DNA from: a virus
Reading direction: 5' to 3' (one strand)
Virus record (IMG/VR): IMGVR_UViG_3300037264_004923
Location: 37,764-101,763 of that record
DNA: 64,000 nt
The position numbers and the translations under genes are program-made. Every line of letters starts with the position of its first letter. Positions within the stretch are counted from its first letter, which is position 1. Under the pieces are notes generated by a model. The model searched no databases and was not told the origin of the DNA. It worked only from the letters and a program-made list of their open reading frames with translations. Shown here in pieces: positions 56,021 to 64,000 of the stretch.

Positions 56021-57443
56021 TTTCAGAAGCCTCCTCGCTCTTCATCAAATCTGTGAGCTGCTGCTGTGCTTCAGACAGCGTAATTATTTCCTTACGGAAG
56101 TACAGGTCGATGCCTGTGAAGTTAGTTCCGCCGGCGCGAGCATCAAGAATTTGGAGACGATGGGTGCCCATGTTCCGGGCGGTATCTCGTCCATACTTCT
56201 CTTCCAGTTTAATAAACTCATCCTTGGTCTTGGCGGAAAGACCAAGAAGAGTGTTTGCGTAGCGTAGAATACGATCGCTGTCTGCGAACTCAGAGGAATT
56301 GACATGCCCCTTGTTTGCTCCGCCTCGACCAATTTGCGCTGCGGTAATGACGGGTATTTGTAGTTGTCCCGCCAAGTTTTTCAAAGCCACACACAGAAAC
56401 CCCAATGCCTGATGTTCCTTCACGTTGTTCATCATCTGCAGATCGGCATCGGGAAGTTTGATATAATCGAAAATTAGGCAACGAACACCGTGCTGATAGT
56501 AGTACTTCCTCGTCAGCGCGGCAATCCCCTCGGGAGTAAAGTCAGGATAGTACTTGTGAAGAATGAGACCACTATCGAGAATAACCCTAGCTTGCTCTAC
56601 CGCATGGCGCTGTTCGTCATTCTGATAAAAGGTTCCATTCTTGATTTCTCTTTCGGGAACGCTGGACAAGACGGAGAGTAGGCGGAACTGCTGCTCACGC
56701 TTACTCATTTCCGTATCGATGATGAGGATAGGAGCGTGCGCAGTATACGCGATGTGTTTTGCCCAGTTCAAAAGGATCGCAGACTTGCCGGTCTTGGGTC
56801 GCGCACCTAATACCGTGAGCGTTCCGGGTTCCAAACCATTGACGGCCTTGTCCAGTATCTGAAAGCCGGTAGGAAGACCTCGCACATCCGTTGGGGCAGC
56901 GGTAACCTCCGCGAGAAGTTCGTCAATACCAGTAGCGATGTTTACTGCGTCTTCGCTCTTCTGGGCTTCGATAGAGATCTGTAGGAACTTCTGTTGGGCG
57001 TGCTCCACAAGATCCGAAGCTGTAAGGGTCTCTCCCGTAAGGGATTTGTTCTGCTCTGTTAGTTCAGCAATCTCGGTCGTCGCACGGAGCACCTTCAACT
57101 TGGTGCTGGCATCCGAAACCCGTTGAATGTAGAAGTCGATGTTGGAAGGATCAATGTTCTTATCAAAGAGAGCAGTGATGTAATCATACCCACCAATCTC
57201 TTTCTCTAACGACAGGATCCCCGCTTGGTTCAGAATAGCAGCAGTGTCAATGCTGGTGATGCCTTCTCGTACCAACGTTCGAACAATGGTCCAAAGGGCA
57301 CGATGATGTTCCCGCAGGAAATCATTTTCCGCCAGCTTAGCCTCTACTTCAAAGTAGTTGGTAGGATCTTTGAATACGCAAGCCAGAACCGCAGCCTCCA
57401 TGCCGGTTTGCGCAAAGAGTTCCTTGGCTTTTGACAGGTCCAT
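56013..57443 (-). CDS. dnaB: Replicative helicase
   Basis: GARPKTGKS, DTEM, FDYI, AAQIGR. Confidence 0.93.
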   Translation of the reverse strand: MDLSKAKELFAQTGMEAAVLACVFKDPTNYFEVEAKLAENDFLREHHRALWTIVRTLVREGITSIDTAAILNQAGILSLEKEIGGYDYITALFDKNIDPSNIDFYIQRVSDASTKLKVLRATTEIAELTEQNKSLTGETLTASDLVEHAQQKFLQISIEAQKSEDAVNIATGIDELLAEVTAAPTDVRGLPTGFQILDKAVNGLEPGTLTVLGARPKTGKSAILLNWAKHIAYTAHAPILIIDTEMSKREQQFRLLSVLSSVPEREIKNGTFYQNDEQRHAVEQARVILDSGLILHKYYPDFTPEGIAALTRKYYYQHGVRCLIFDYIKLPDADLQMMNNVKEHQALGFLCVALKNLAGQLQIPVITAAQIGRGGANKGHVNSSEFADSDRILRYANTLLGLSAKTKDEFIKLEEKYGRDTARNMGTHRLQILDARAGGTNFTGIDLYFRKEIITLSEAQQQLTDLMKSEEASEND

Positions 57444-57926
57444 TTAAACTCTTTCTCGGCTGTACTGGCGTTCCTCTGCGCGTCTGCGCACCTCTGACTT
57501 CAAGGCATTGATAAGTTCTGTAATGGGACTATCCAAACCTTCCAAAAGATCTCTCTCCGCGGAAGCCTCGTCATAATCCAGTTCCAACCCTTGAAGCTCC
57601 GGAGAGGAGGAGATAGCGTTGGCTTCCCTTTCCTTCAGGGTCTTACCTTCCACAGCGTCGGTCTTTAGCAGGTCGTAGACCTTGCGATCCAGAACCTTCT
57701 TCTTTTGACCAGCAATAACTCGAGCGGTATTGTATCGCACCTGGAGGGTAATAAGATACTGAGCAAGAATAATGGTATAGCGGGAAAGGACTTGCGAGTT
57801 CGTCGCATCCATGTCCACCGCTGGTTTGAAATTGAAGATGTCCTCTACTTCAGATGGAGAAGTAGCAGAGTATAGAGATAGAGCGGTTGATGTTTCTAAT
57901 AGTCTATTGCGGATACGATCATCCAT
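57444..57926 (-). CDS. UvsY-like coiled-coil recombination mediator
   Basis: KTLKEREANA...ERDLLEGL...INALK; lies between recA and dnaB. Confidence 0.5.
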   Translation of the reverse strand: MDDRIRNRLLETSTALSLYSATSPSEVEDIFNFKPAVDMDATNSQVLSRYTIILAQYLITLQVRYNTARVIAGQKKKVLDRKVYDLLKTDAVEGKTLKEREANAISSSPELQGLELDYDEASAERDLLEGLDSPITELINALKSEVRRRAEERQYSRERV

Positions 57927-58269
57927 TCTGTTGAGCCTCCGAAACTTTACGCAAGAGATCTGCTACAGAAATAGGGATCTCATCGTAGTTGATACATACG
58001 AGGGTGACGTCGTTCAGACTGCACCACTCTTTCTTTAGTAGGTCTCTCTTTTTAGCGGCGCGAAAAGCAGCAGCGTCGCCATGAAAATGGGAGTTGAACT
58101 CCGTGTGCTGGATACCCTGAACCTCTACATAAATGTGGAGGGTGGGTAAATAAAAGTCAAAGAAGAGTTTCTGCCCTTTATAGGGAATGTATTCCTCTTC
58201 CTTGACGAGCGTATTCGGGAACGCGCTATTTAGCGTCTCTCGTACGCTTTTGGCTAGCAGGCTTATCAT
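57919..58269 (-). CDS. Small PD-(D/E)XK-like endonuclease
   Basis: LFFDFYLP...VEVQGIQH..F..HFH...RD..KKEWC; start placed at 58269. Confidence 0.75.
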   Translation of the reverse strand: MISLLAKSVRETLNSAFPNTLVKEEEYIPYKGQKLFFDFYLPTLHIYVEVQGIQHTEFNSHFHGDAAAFRAAKKRDLLKKEWCSLNDVTLVCINYDEIPISVADLLRKVSEAQQNG

Positions 58270-59317
58270 CAGGTGTATCTTCCTTTGGAGCAACAGGTAC
58301 TTCTACAACCTCACCAGAAATCACAGAACGAATGCTCTTTTCGATAGCATCACGAAGCTCTGTGTTTCCCATGAGAGCAAGTTTGGCAGCACCTCTACCC
58401 TGCCACTTATGCTCTTTGTAGTTCAACCAAGCGCCGCCCTTTTCGATGATGCCCGTGTCGGCGCCGAGATCGATAATCTCTCCGACGTTATCATACCCTA
58501 TTCCGTAGATGAGATCTACCTCAGCTTCTCGGTAGGGAGCGTTTCGTTTGTTCTTGACTACACGAAAGGTAGTTCGGTGCCCATAAACCTCACCAGTTCC
58601 TTCGTCTTGAAGGCGACGGGATTTGCTCTGAGGGCTACCCATCACCTCGACCCGATAAGAAGCATAGAAACCCAGGGCCTCCCCGCCAGTTGTAGTTTGG
58701 GGATTTCCATAGGCTCCAATCTTGTTTCGGATCTGATTGATGAAAAGCAAAAGGGTATTGGTCTTCTTGGCGACGGGCACGATCTTCTGGAGGCCGGCGC
58801 TCATCAGTCTCGCGTGGAGACCCATAGTCTGTTGATCATAGTCATTCTCGACCCGGCTTTCTGGGATGAGAGCAGCGACGCTGTCAATCATAACGACCGC
58901 GAAGTCTCCAGTAGCCATCAGATTATCAGCGATCTGGAGGTTAGCTTCTCCCGTAGGGGCACCATCGACCACCAAAACCATGTCCGCTGGAAGACCCACA
59001 TTGATAAGAAGATTGGGATCCAAGGAGTTCTCGGCATCGATGATAGCACACTTATGTCCTTGGAGAGTTGCTTGCTTTATGATGCTATAACCGAGGAAAC
59101 TCTTTCCGGCTCCGCCTACTCCGAAAAACTCAGCGGTCAATCCCCTTTCAAATCCCCCTTTTCCAATAGCATTATCAAGTCCAATACAGCCGGTCGGTAT
59201 TACTTCTCTCGTTATTGCCGCTGCCTCTCCCAGCCATTTGATTACGTGCCCATACTCTTTCTCTATTGATTTGGTCACTACCCCGAGACGGGCTTCATTC
59301 TCTTTCTTTGTACTCAT
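58226..59317 (-). CDS. recA: RecA recombinase
   Basis: IPTG..LD.A.G.GG, GKS, IDAE, DSVAAL, INQIR, TTGGEAL.FYAS. Confidence 0.95.
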   Translation of the reverse strand: MSTKKENEARLGVVTKSIEKEYGHVIKWLGEAAAITREVIPTGCIGLDNAIGKGGFERGLTAEFFGVGGAGKSFLGYSIIKQATLQGHKCAIIDAENSLDPNLLINVGLPADMVLVVDGAPTGEANLQIADNLMATGDFAVVMIDSVAALIPESRVENDYDQQTMGLHARLMSAGLQKIVPVAKKTNTLLLFINQIRNKIGAYGNPQTTTGGEALGFYASYRVEVMGSPQSKSRRLQDEGTGEVYGHRTTFRVVKNKRNAPYREAEVDLIYGIGYDNVGEIIDLGADTGIIEKGGAWLNYKEHKWQGRGAAKLALMGNTELRDAIEKSIRSVISGEVVEVPVAPKEDTPDDKPASQKRTRDAK

Positions 59318-59837
59318 TCAGTTTCTCCAGTATTTTCTTCCGCTCATTGGCTGCTCTTTCAAAGTCCTTGGCGGCATTCTTCTTGTTGTAATACTCATTT
59401 ACCTCATTGAGATAGAGCTCTGTATCATATTCTCCCGCTTCCGCCACTTCTCCATTCATAAAGGAGCATACCTTGTCCATTGCCCACGCTTGGGATAGAA
59501 GAGTAGGACTGATTATAGGCTCTCGCAGCTTCATTTGCTTTTCAAAGCGGAACATAGCATCTACAAGGATTGCTGCTTCCCGAACAGCGTCTTTTCTACC
59601 CAGCCCCAATTTTTGACGGGATCTGATAAAAGTGCTCAGAGTCTTCACATCCTCAGTATAGTCAATGCTATAGGGAAACTTACGATCAGGGTTGTAAAAT
59701 CTGCGGCGACTATAGAAGTAATCCACCAGTTCCCGCAGAGTATTTATTGATCCGGCATCGGGATAGTCTTCTTTGACCACCCTGTAACCTCTACTCTGGA
59801 GTTCTTTGATGGCTTCTTGCTCATCAAAGAAGAGCAT
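59295..59837 (-). CDS. Hypothetical protein
   Basis: 180-aa ORF in the replication operon. Confidence 0.7.
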   Translation of the reverse strand: MLFFDEQEAIKELQSRGYRVVKEDYPDAGSINTLRELVDYFYSRRRFYNPDRKFPYSIDYTEDVKTLSTFIRSRQKLGLGRKDAVREAAILVDAMFRFEKQMKLREPIISPTLLSQAWAMDKVCSFMNGEVAEAGEYDTELYLNEVNEYYNKKNAAKDFERAANERKKILEKLNEYKERE

Positions 59838-59839
59838 TC

Positions 59840-61012
59840 TTAATCTACTTTCTTCAGGGTACAGACGAAGGCTTTGAAGTCGTCGTCCTTCTGAGACTTG
59901 AGCACTACCCCTTTGGCATCATTTGTGAAGTAGAACTCAAAGTGGCCCCCCTTCAGCTGCCGAATAGCGTTATGAAGCAGGGTGCTATCAAAGTGAAGGG
60001 TGAAGTCTTCTGGGGTCTCTACGACGAGCCCAGAACTCTCTGCTTCACCTGTAATGCTGGAGGTGGATACGATGGCGTTTCCAGCCTTCTCAGCTGCCAA
60101 AACCATTCTGTGGCTCTTGGCATCTACCGACGGCAGAATTCCCTGTAGGATGGACAGGAAGTCCTCCGTGGGGAAAGTGGCTCGCAAAAGCGCCTTAGTT
60201 TCCATGTAAGGTTCGTACTTCGGGAACGCGGTGTTTAGCAGAGTGCCCACCAGAACCGTACCGCCGCTCTTCAGGAAGAACTTCTCGTCCTCCACATAGA
60301 TGTCCACGGTATCAAACTTACCCGGATTGACCAATTTGGCAGCAACGGTGGCAAACTTTAGCCCTAAAATAAAAGAGCCGCGAAGTCCTTTGACTTCAGC
60401 GGCTTTCTTGAACTCAGCAATTTGGATACCATCAGTTGCGGCGAATACCACTTCCGCGTCTCCTAGGGAGAGGCTGATACAATTGAAGTGGAGCTTGGAG
60501 TTGTCTTTGGAGGCGGCGTGGCTCACCTTTGCCAAACCATCCATGAACTGGAAGGCTGGGAAGTGAGTTGCCTTGGCGCTATTAAAAACGGGGGTCTCTA
60601 CGAAGAAACCTGCGTTCAATAGGGCAAGGTTTCTCTTGGTGGGAAGGTTGGTGCCTGCTCGCACACGATTGGTTCCTACCAAATGAAGGGTTCCCTTCGA
60701 AGTAGTCTCCACCTTAATTTGGTTGGGCTCCCCGTCAAATCCTACATCCGTATAGGACGCATTGACTTGCGTAGTGATTGCCACACAGCGCACCAGCGCC
60801 TCACCTGGGTCTTGAACTTCGGCAGGAACTTCCACGCGAACATAAGAGGTGTCATCAAACGCCATAAATACCACGGAATTTCCGTTAGTTCGCAGCAGAA
60901 CACCAGTCTTTTCTTCAGCGATCGCTGAACTTACGGGCGCAATTTCATTACAGGTGTTCAACGCCCGCTTCAAATCTTGAGCAGTGATGGTAAACTTCAT
61001 CTGTTTCTCCAA
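59840..61012 (-). CDS. dnaN: DNA polymerase sliding clamp (beta clamp)
   Basis: About 390 aa; VSHAASKD, FAATDG, FPKYE, terminal beta strand. Confidence 0.85.
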   Translation of the reverse strand: MEKQMKFTITAQDLKRALNTCNEIAPVSSAIAEEKTGVLLRTNGNSVVFMAFDDTSYVRVEVPAEVQDPGEALVRCVAITTQVNASYTDVGFDGEPNQIKVETTSKGTLHLVGTNRVRAGTNLPTKRNLALLNAGFFVETPVFNSAKATHFPAFQFMDGLAKVSHAASKDNSKLHFNCISLSLGDAEVVFAATDGIQIAEFKKAAEVKGLRGSFILGLKFATVAAKLVNPGKFDTVDIYVEDEKFFLKSGGTVLVGTLLNTAFPKYEPYMETKALLRATFPTEDFLSILQGILPSVDAKSHRMVLAAEKAGNAIVSTSSITGEAESSGLVVETPEDFTLHFDSTLLHNAIRQLKGGHFEFYFTNDAKGVVLKSQKDDDFKAFVCTLKKVD

Positions 61013-61060
61013 TACCCGATAATTGGGCGGGGGAAATACCCTGCCTCTGGGTTCAGAGTA

Positions 61061-61089
61061 ATGATAAGTTAGAATACCAAAAATGTCAA
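61061..61089 (-). promoter_or_regulatory. sigma70-type promoter for the replication operon
   Basis: TTGACA-17bp-TATCAT. Confidence 0.75.
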
Positions 61090-61095
61090 GTTGCT

Positions 61096-63216
61096 TTATA
61101 CGCCGGTAATACTGGCAGCTAGGCTGCCATTGGATTCCTGGTAAATTGAAGCGGACAGGTCTGACGCATCCGCCCCCACCCCTGCTACCGTTGCGATGAG
61201 ATCATTGATGTCTCCAGTTCCATTGACCATCGCACCAAAGTCAGAGGGGAAAACTCTTCCGGCGATGGCATGGAGATCATCATAAGTATCACTTACCCCC
61301 ACTAGCGCTCGCAGACCTTTGTAGCCTCCCGCTGCGGTAATACTGGCACCAAGTTCTAACTGCCCTTCAAGTCCAAGAACCATGCCGATACAAGCCCTTA
61401 CGGCTGCGTCAATAGTGGCAAAGGATTGAATGTCTCCCCGCCGACAAATTCTGGCTACGGCAAAGTCTCCAAACAAGTTAGCCGCAATGGGCTGGAAAGA
61501 ACGTACATTGATGCGCCACTGCTCTTCTGAATCGCGGATAAAGGCATCATCTGTACCATTCACATAGATGAACTCTACCAGACGACCTTCCAGTTGTAGT
61601 CTGATCTCTTGAATGTTTAGGTTTTCTCCGCCGTTTCTCAAATCTGCGGCGGTCAAACGGGAGAGGGTAGGAACAACACGTGGAAGAGGGAAGCCTGCGG
61701 CTACTCGAGCATTCAGATCCTTGTATGTCAATGTTCCCGTGATCGCAGCGCCCAAGTTCTTTCCACGGAAAGGGGAGTATCTAATAGCAATTGAATCAGT
61801 GCTACGAAGAACCTTGGTCTTCTTATCTCTTCGAGGAGAGTATCGTACATTGATCACATCCATAGCGTGGATGATGTTGGGGGTATTTACACTGGCGCCC
61901 AGTTCGTGTTGGGCAAAGGAAATAATAACAGCAAGGAGGTTCTTTGCGTTCTTGGCTATAGCGGTGGCGGATAGTTCTTTGATAGCACTTCCGCCGTCGC
62001 ATTCGGGTCTTCCAATAACCGCCCGCAAATTTCTAGCAGACATGGTGCTTACGGTAAAGATGGCGGTGATGAAAGTTTCTGCCGCCCGAATAAAAGCACC
62101 AAGATCCTTGGTATCGCTGAGAGCTTCGATAAATGCACCCAAGAATGCCGTATTACGGTTGATAGTCATAACAGCGCCCAGATCTGCCGGATGAACACTC
62201 TGCGCAAAGGCAGGAAGTTCTCTGTTGCGGACACCAAAAGGAATAGTTCCTATGGTAGCAGTAATGTTCAATGCGCCCAGAAAATCTATGATCGCCGGAA
62301 GATCAACTTCTCCGCCTGTCTTGATAAGAGCCCCGAGATTATCCACGCCTTGAAAGGCACTGAGGATAACCGCAGACATGTTATCGTGATGTCCGATCGC
62401 AGTTATGTCAGCAAGGAAATCGTTCGGTCCCGGGTAAGTTGAATTGATGCTGGCAGGAAGATCCGGGCTTTCACTTAACAGATGGATCGCAGAGGGTAGG
62501 TTAGCAACTGCGCTGGCAGAGCCTCGAATGAATGCGCGGAAAGAAGGGCCTGGAATACCCAACATTCTGGCAGGAAGGTTCTTGAATGACATACCCAAAA
62601 CGGAGGCTGTGAGGTTATCACCAAAGGTAATAGCGATACTTGCCGAGAGATCCTTGGGAGACCAAATAATAGCACCAAGATTTCCACCAGTCTGACCAGT
62701 AATACGCCCACGAAGATCATAAGGGTAGACTAGGTTGATGCACGCGGGAAGATCATCAGTAAAGATAGGACGCGCGAGGATAGACGCCAAGAGGTCTTTG
62801 TACATGAACGTACCAAAGATGTCAGCACCAAGATCTGTCTGAAGCAAAGCAAAAATCGAGGCGGGAAGATCAGGAATACGATTCGTTAGATAGATAGCGG
62901 CAGGAAGATCTCGAGCAGCCTGACCAAAAATGATCGCTAGGAGTAAATCACTATTCGTCTTGACCGCGTTAATTCGCGCTTGAAGATCAGGAAAGTTGAA
63001 ACTGGTAGGTGGCTTCTTTATCGTGCCTTCGGTGATGTCGAAGTCAGAGATAAAAGAAATGCCATCTTGTGTGGCGTTGGGACGGGGATCAGCACCAACA
63101 ACTGCTCGAATGTGAGGACCTGTGTGGGCTTGTATAATTGAACGTATAACACTGCCGGCTTCGTCTCTTCCGGAATTGAAAAGCGCTGAATTATAGGTAA
63201 ACCTATTGTATACCAC
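61096..63216 (-). CDS. Repeat protein with about 30 (D/N/E)LxAxI repeats; putative virion fibre
   Basis: DLPAAI, DLPASI, DLGADI, DLSASI, NLGAII etc. at roughly 12-13 aa spacing. Confidence 0.7.
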   Translation of the reverse strand: MVYNRFTYNSALFNSGRDEAGSVIRSIIQAHTGPHIRAVVGADPRPNATQDGISFISDFDITEGTIKKPPTSFNFPDLQARINAVKTNSDLLLAIIFGQAARDLPAAIYLTNRIPDLPASIFALLQTDLGADIFGTFMYKDLLASILARPIFTDDLPACINLVYPYDLRGRITGQTGGNLGAIIWSPKDLSASIAITFGDNLTASVLGMSFKNLPARMLGIPGPSFRAFIRGSASAVANLPSAIHLLSESPDLPASINSTYPGPNDFLADITAIGHHDNMSAVILSAFQGVDNLGALIKTGGEVDLPAIIDFLGALNITATIGTIPFGVRNRELPAFAQSVHPADLGAVMTINRNTAFLGAFIEALSDTKDLGAFIRAAETFITAIFTVSTMSARNLRAVIGRPECDGGSAIKELSATAIAKNAKNLLAVIISFAQHELGASVNTPNIIHAMDVINVRYSPRRDKKTKVLRSTDSIAIRYSPFRGKNLGAAITGTLTYKDLNARVAAGFPLPRVVPTLSRLTAADLRNGGENLNIQEIRLQLEGRLVEFIYVNGTDDAFIRDSEEQWRINVRSFQPIAANLFGDFAVARICRRGDIQSFATIDAAVRACIGMVLGLEGQLELGASITAAGGYKGLRALVGVSDTYDDLHAIAGRVFPSDFGAMVNGTGDINDLIATVAGVGADASDLSASIYQESNGSLAASITGV

Positions 63217-63332
63217 GGTTTATCCTCCTCAGCGGTTGGCTGTTAGTTTCTCCTAGGGTGTGTTCAGATTTTTCCCTTGTAAATCTGGGTAAGAAGGTAA
63301 GAAAGGAGGGGAGGGTTTTCCCCTCCGAGAGA

Positions 63333-64000
63333 TTAGACTACTTCTATTCTACTGTAAAGTCTTTCTACCCAAATAGTAGGGGCGGCAACAACGTGCTCCA
63401 TCTCAACCAAAAGGATTTGGTCCACCTCTGTATTGATTATACCACTTGCGATAATCGGATTATTTACTACGGCCTGCGCGCCCAAATCACCAAGCCCCGT
63501 GGTAGTGCCGGTTGTGCCTGTTGAGTGGAAATACGTACCTCCCAGTCTTTGTTCAGATGTGCTAACGTTATTGATTTCAAAATCCAGCACCATCGCTCTT
63601 TCTATGGTGGTGCTGGTGACCAAATTTATGGTATTATCTTGGTAAAACGTTACCCCGCCGAACTTTATTCTCAAAGTAAGGGCGCGAGAGGAACCGGAAT
63701 TATTGAAATGGGATGCTAGTACTCTGCCTTTTATAGTACCGTTTGGTCCTAAACTATTGGCGGGTATAGTCCCGCTCATAACGGGAAATGGGTCTGCAGT
63801 GTCCACAAATCTCTGCCTAGTCCCGTTTATCTGGAAAAATCTTCTAGGAACCACAGGCATACCGGAGACGGTAAGGGAGTGGGAGAAGGTTCCAGTGTGT
63901 GCGGAGACTGTTCCGCCCGTTCTGTATTCGGTGCCGGACACTACTGCTCCGGATATAGTTACCGTACCGCTAGCCAAGACCTGAATCGCCCCAGCGTCAC
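63333..64000 (-). CDS. Putative tail/virion protein (5' partial)
   Basis: Frame open to the window edge; S/G/T-rich with 7 SG dipeptides. Confidence 0.65.
   Translation of the reverse strand, partial: DAGAIQVLASGTVTISGAVVSGTEYRTGGTVSAHTGTFSHSLTVSGMPVVPRRFFQINGTRQRFVDTADPFPVMSGTIPANSLGPNGTIKGRVLASHFNNSGSSRALTLRIKFGGVTFYQDNTINLVTSTTIERAMVLDFEINNVSTSEQRLGGTYFHSTGTTGTTTGLGDLGAQAVVNNPIIASGIINTEVDQILLVEMEHVVAAPTIWVERLYSRIEVV

Noticed and set aside
58187-59269. 360-aa plus-strand ORF
   Set aside because: It is the antisense shadow of recA.
1-64000. Alternative genetic code (stop-codon recoding)
   Set aside because: Conserved genes are full length in the standard code, and TAA, TAG and TGA all terminate genes.

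Overview
This window looks like part of a large (jumbo-type) dsDNA phage genome: moderate GC, dense coding, standard genetic code, and almost entirely minus-strand after about 3 kb. The main gene blocks are: (1) a bacterial-type replication/recombination block (dnaN, recA, dnaB, dnaG, tandem ssb, dnaJ, ruvC, family A polymerase, class II RNR); (2) a large glycosyltransferase/methyltransferase cluster; (3) nucleotide repair and salvage genes, including a queuosine-salvage (QNG1-like) hydrolase; (4) clpP plus an unusual single-AAA Clp ATPase; and (5) two free-standing homing endonucleases and an intein. The most notable features read directly from the DNA are three. First, a circularly permuted two-piece tmRNA with an atypical predicted tag, which together with the phage ClpP and LGF-loop ATPase suggests a phage-run ribosome rescue and tag-and-degrade system. 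Second, a family A polymerase and two other proteins carrying a QNx(L/V/I)(F/Y) motif that may bind the phage beta-clamp. Third, a 2111-bp high-GC bacterial fragment inserted cleanly into a small phage gene between CCAA direct repeats. All family assignments come from motif recognition by eye; no searches were run.
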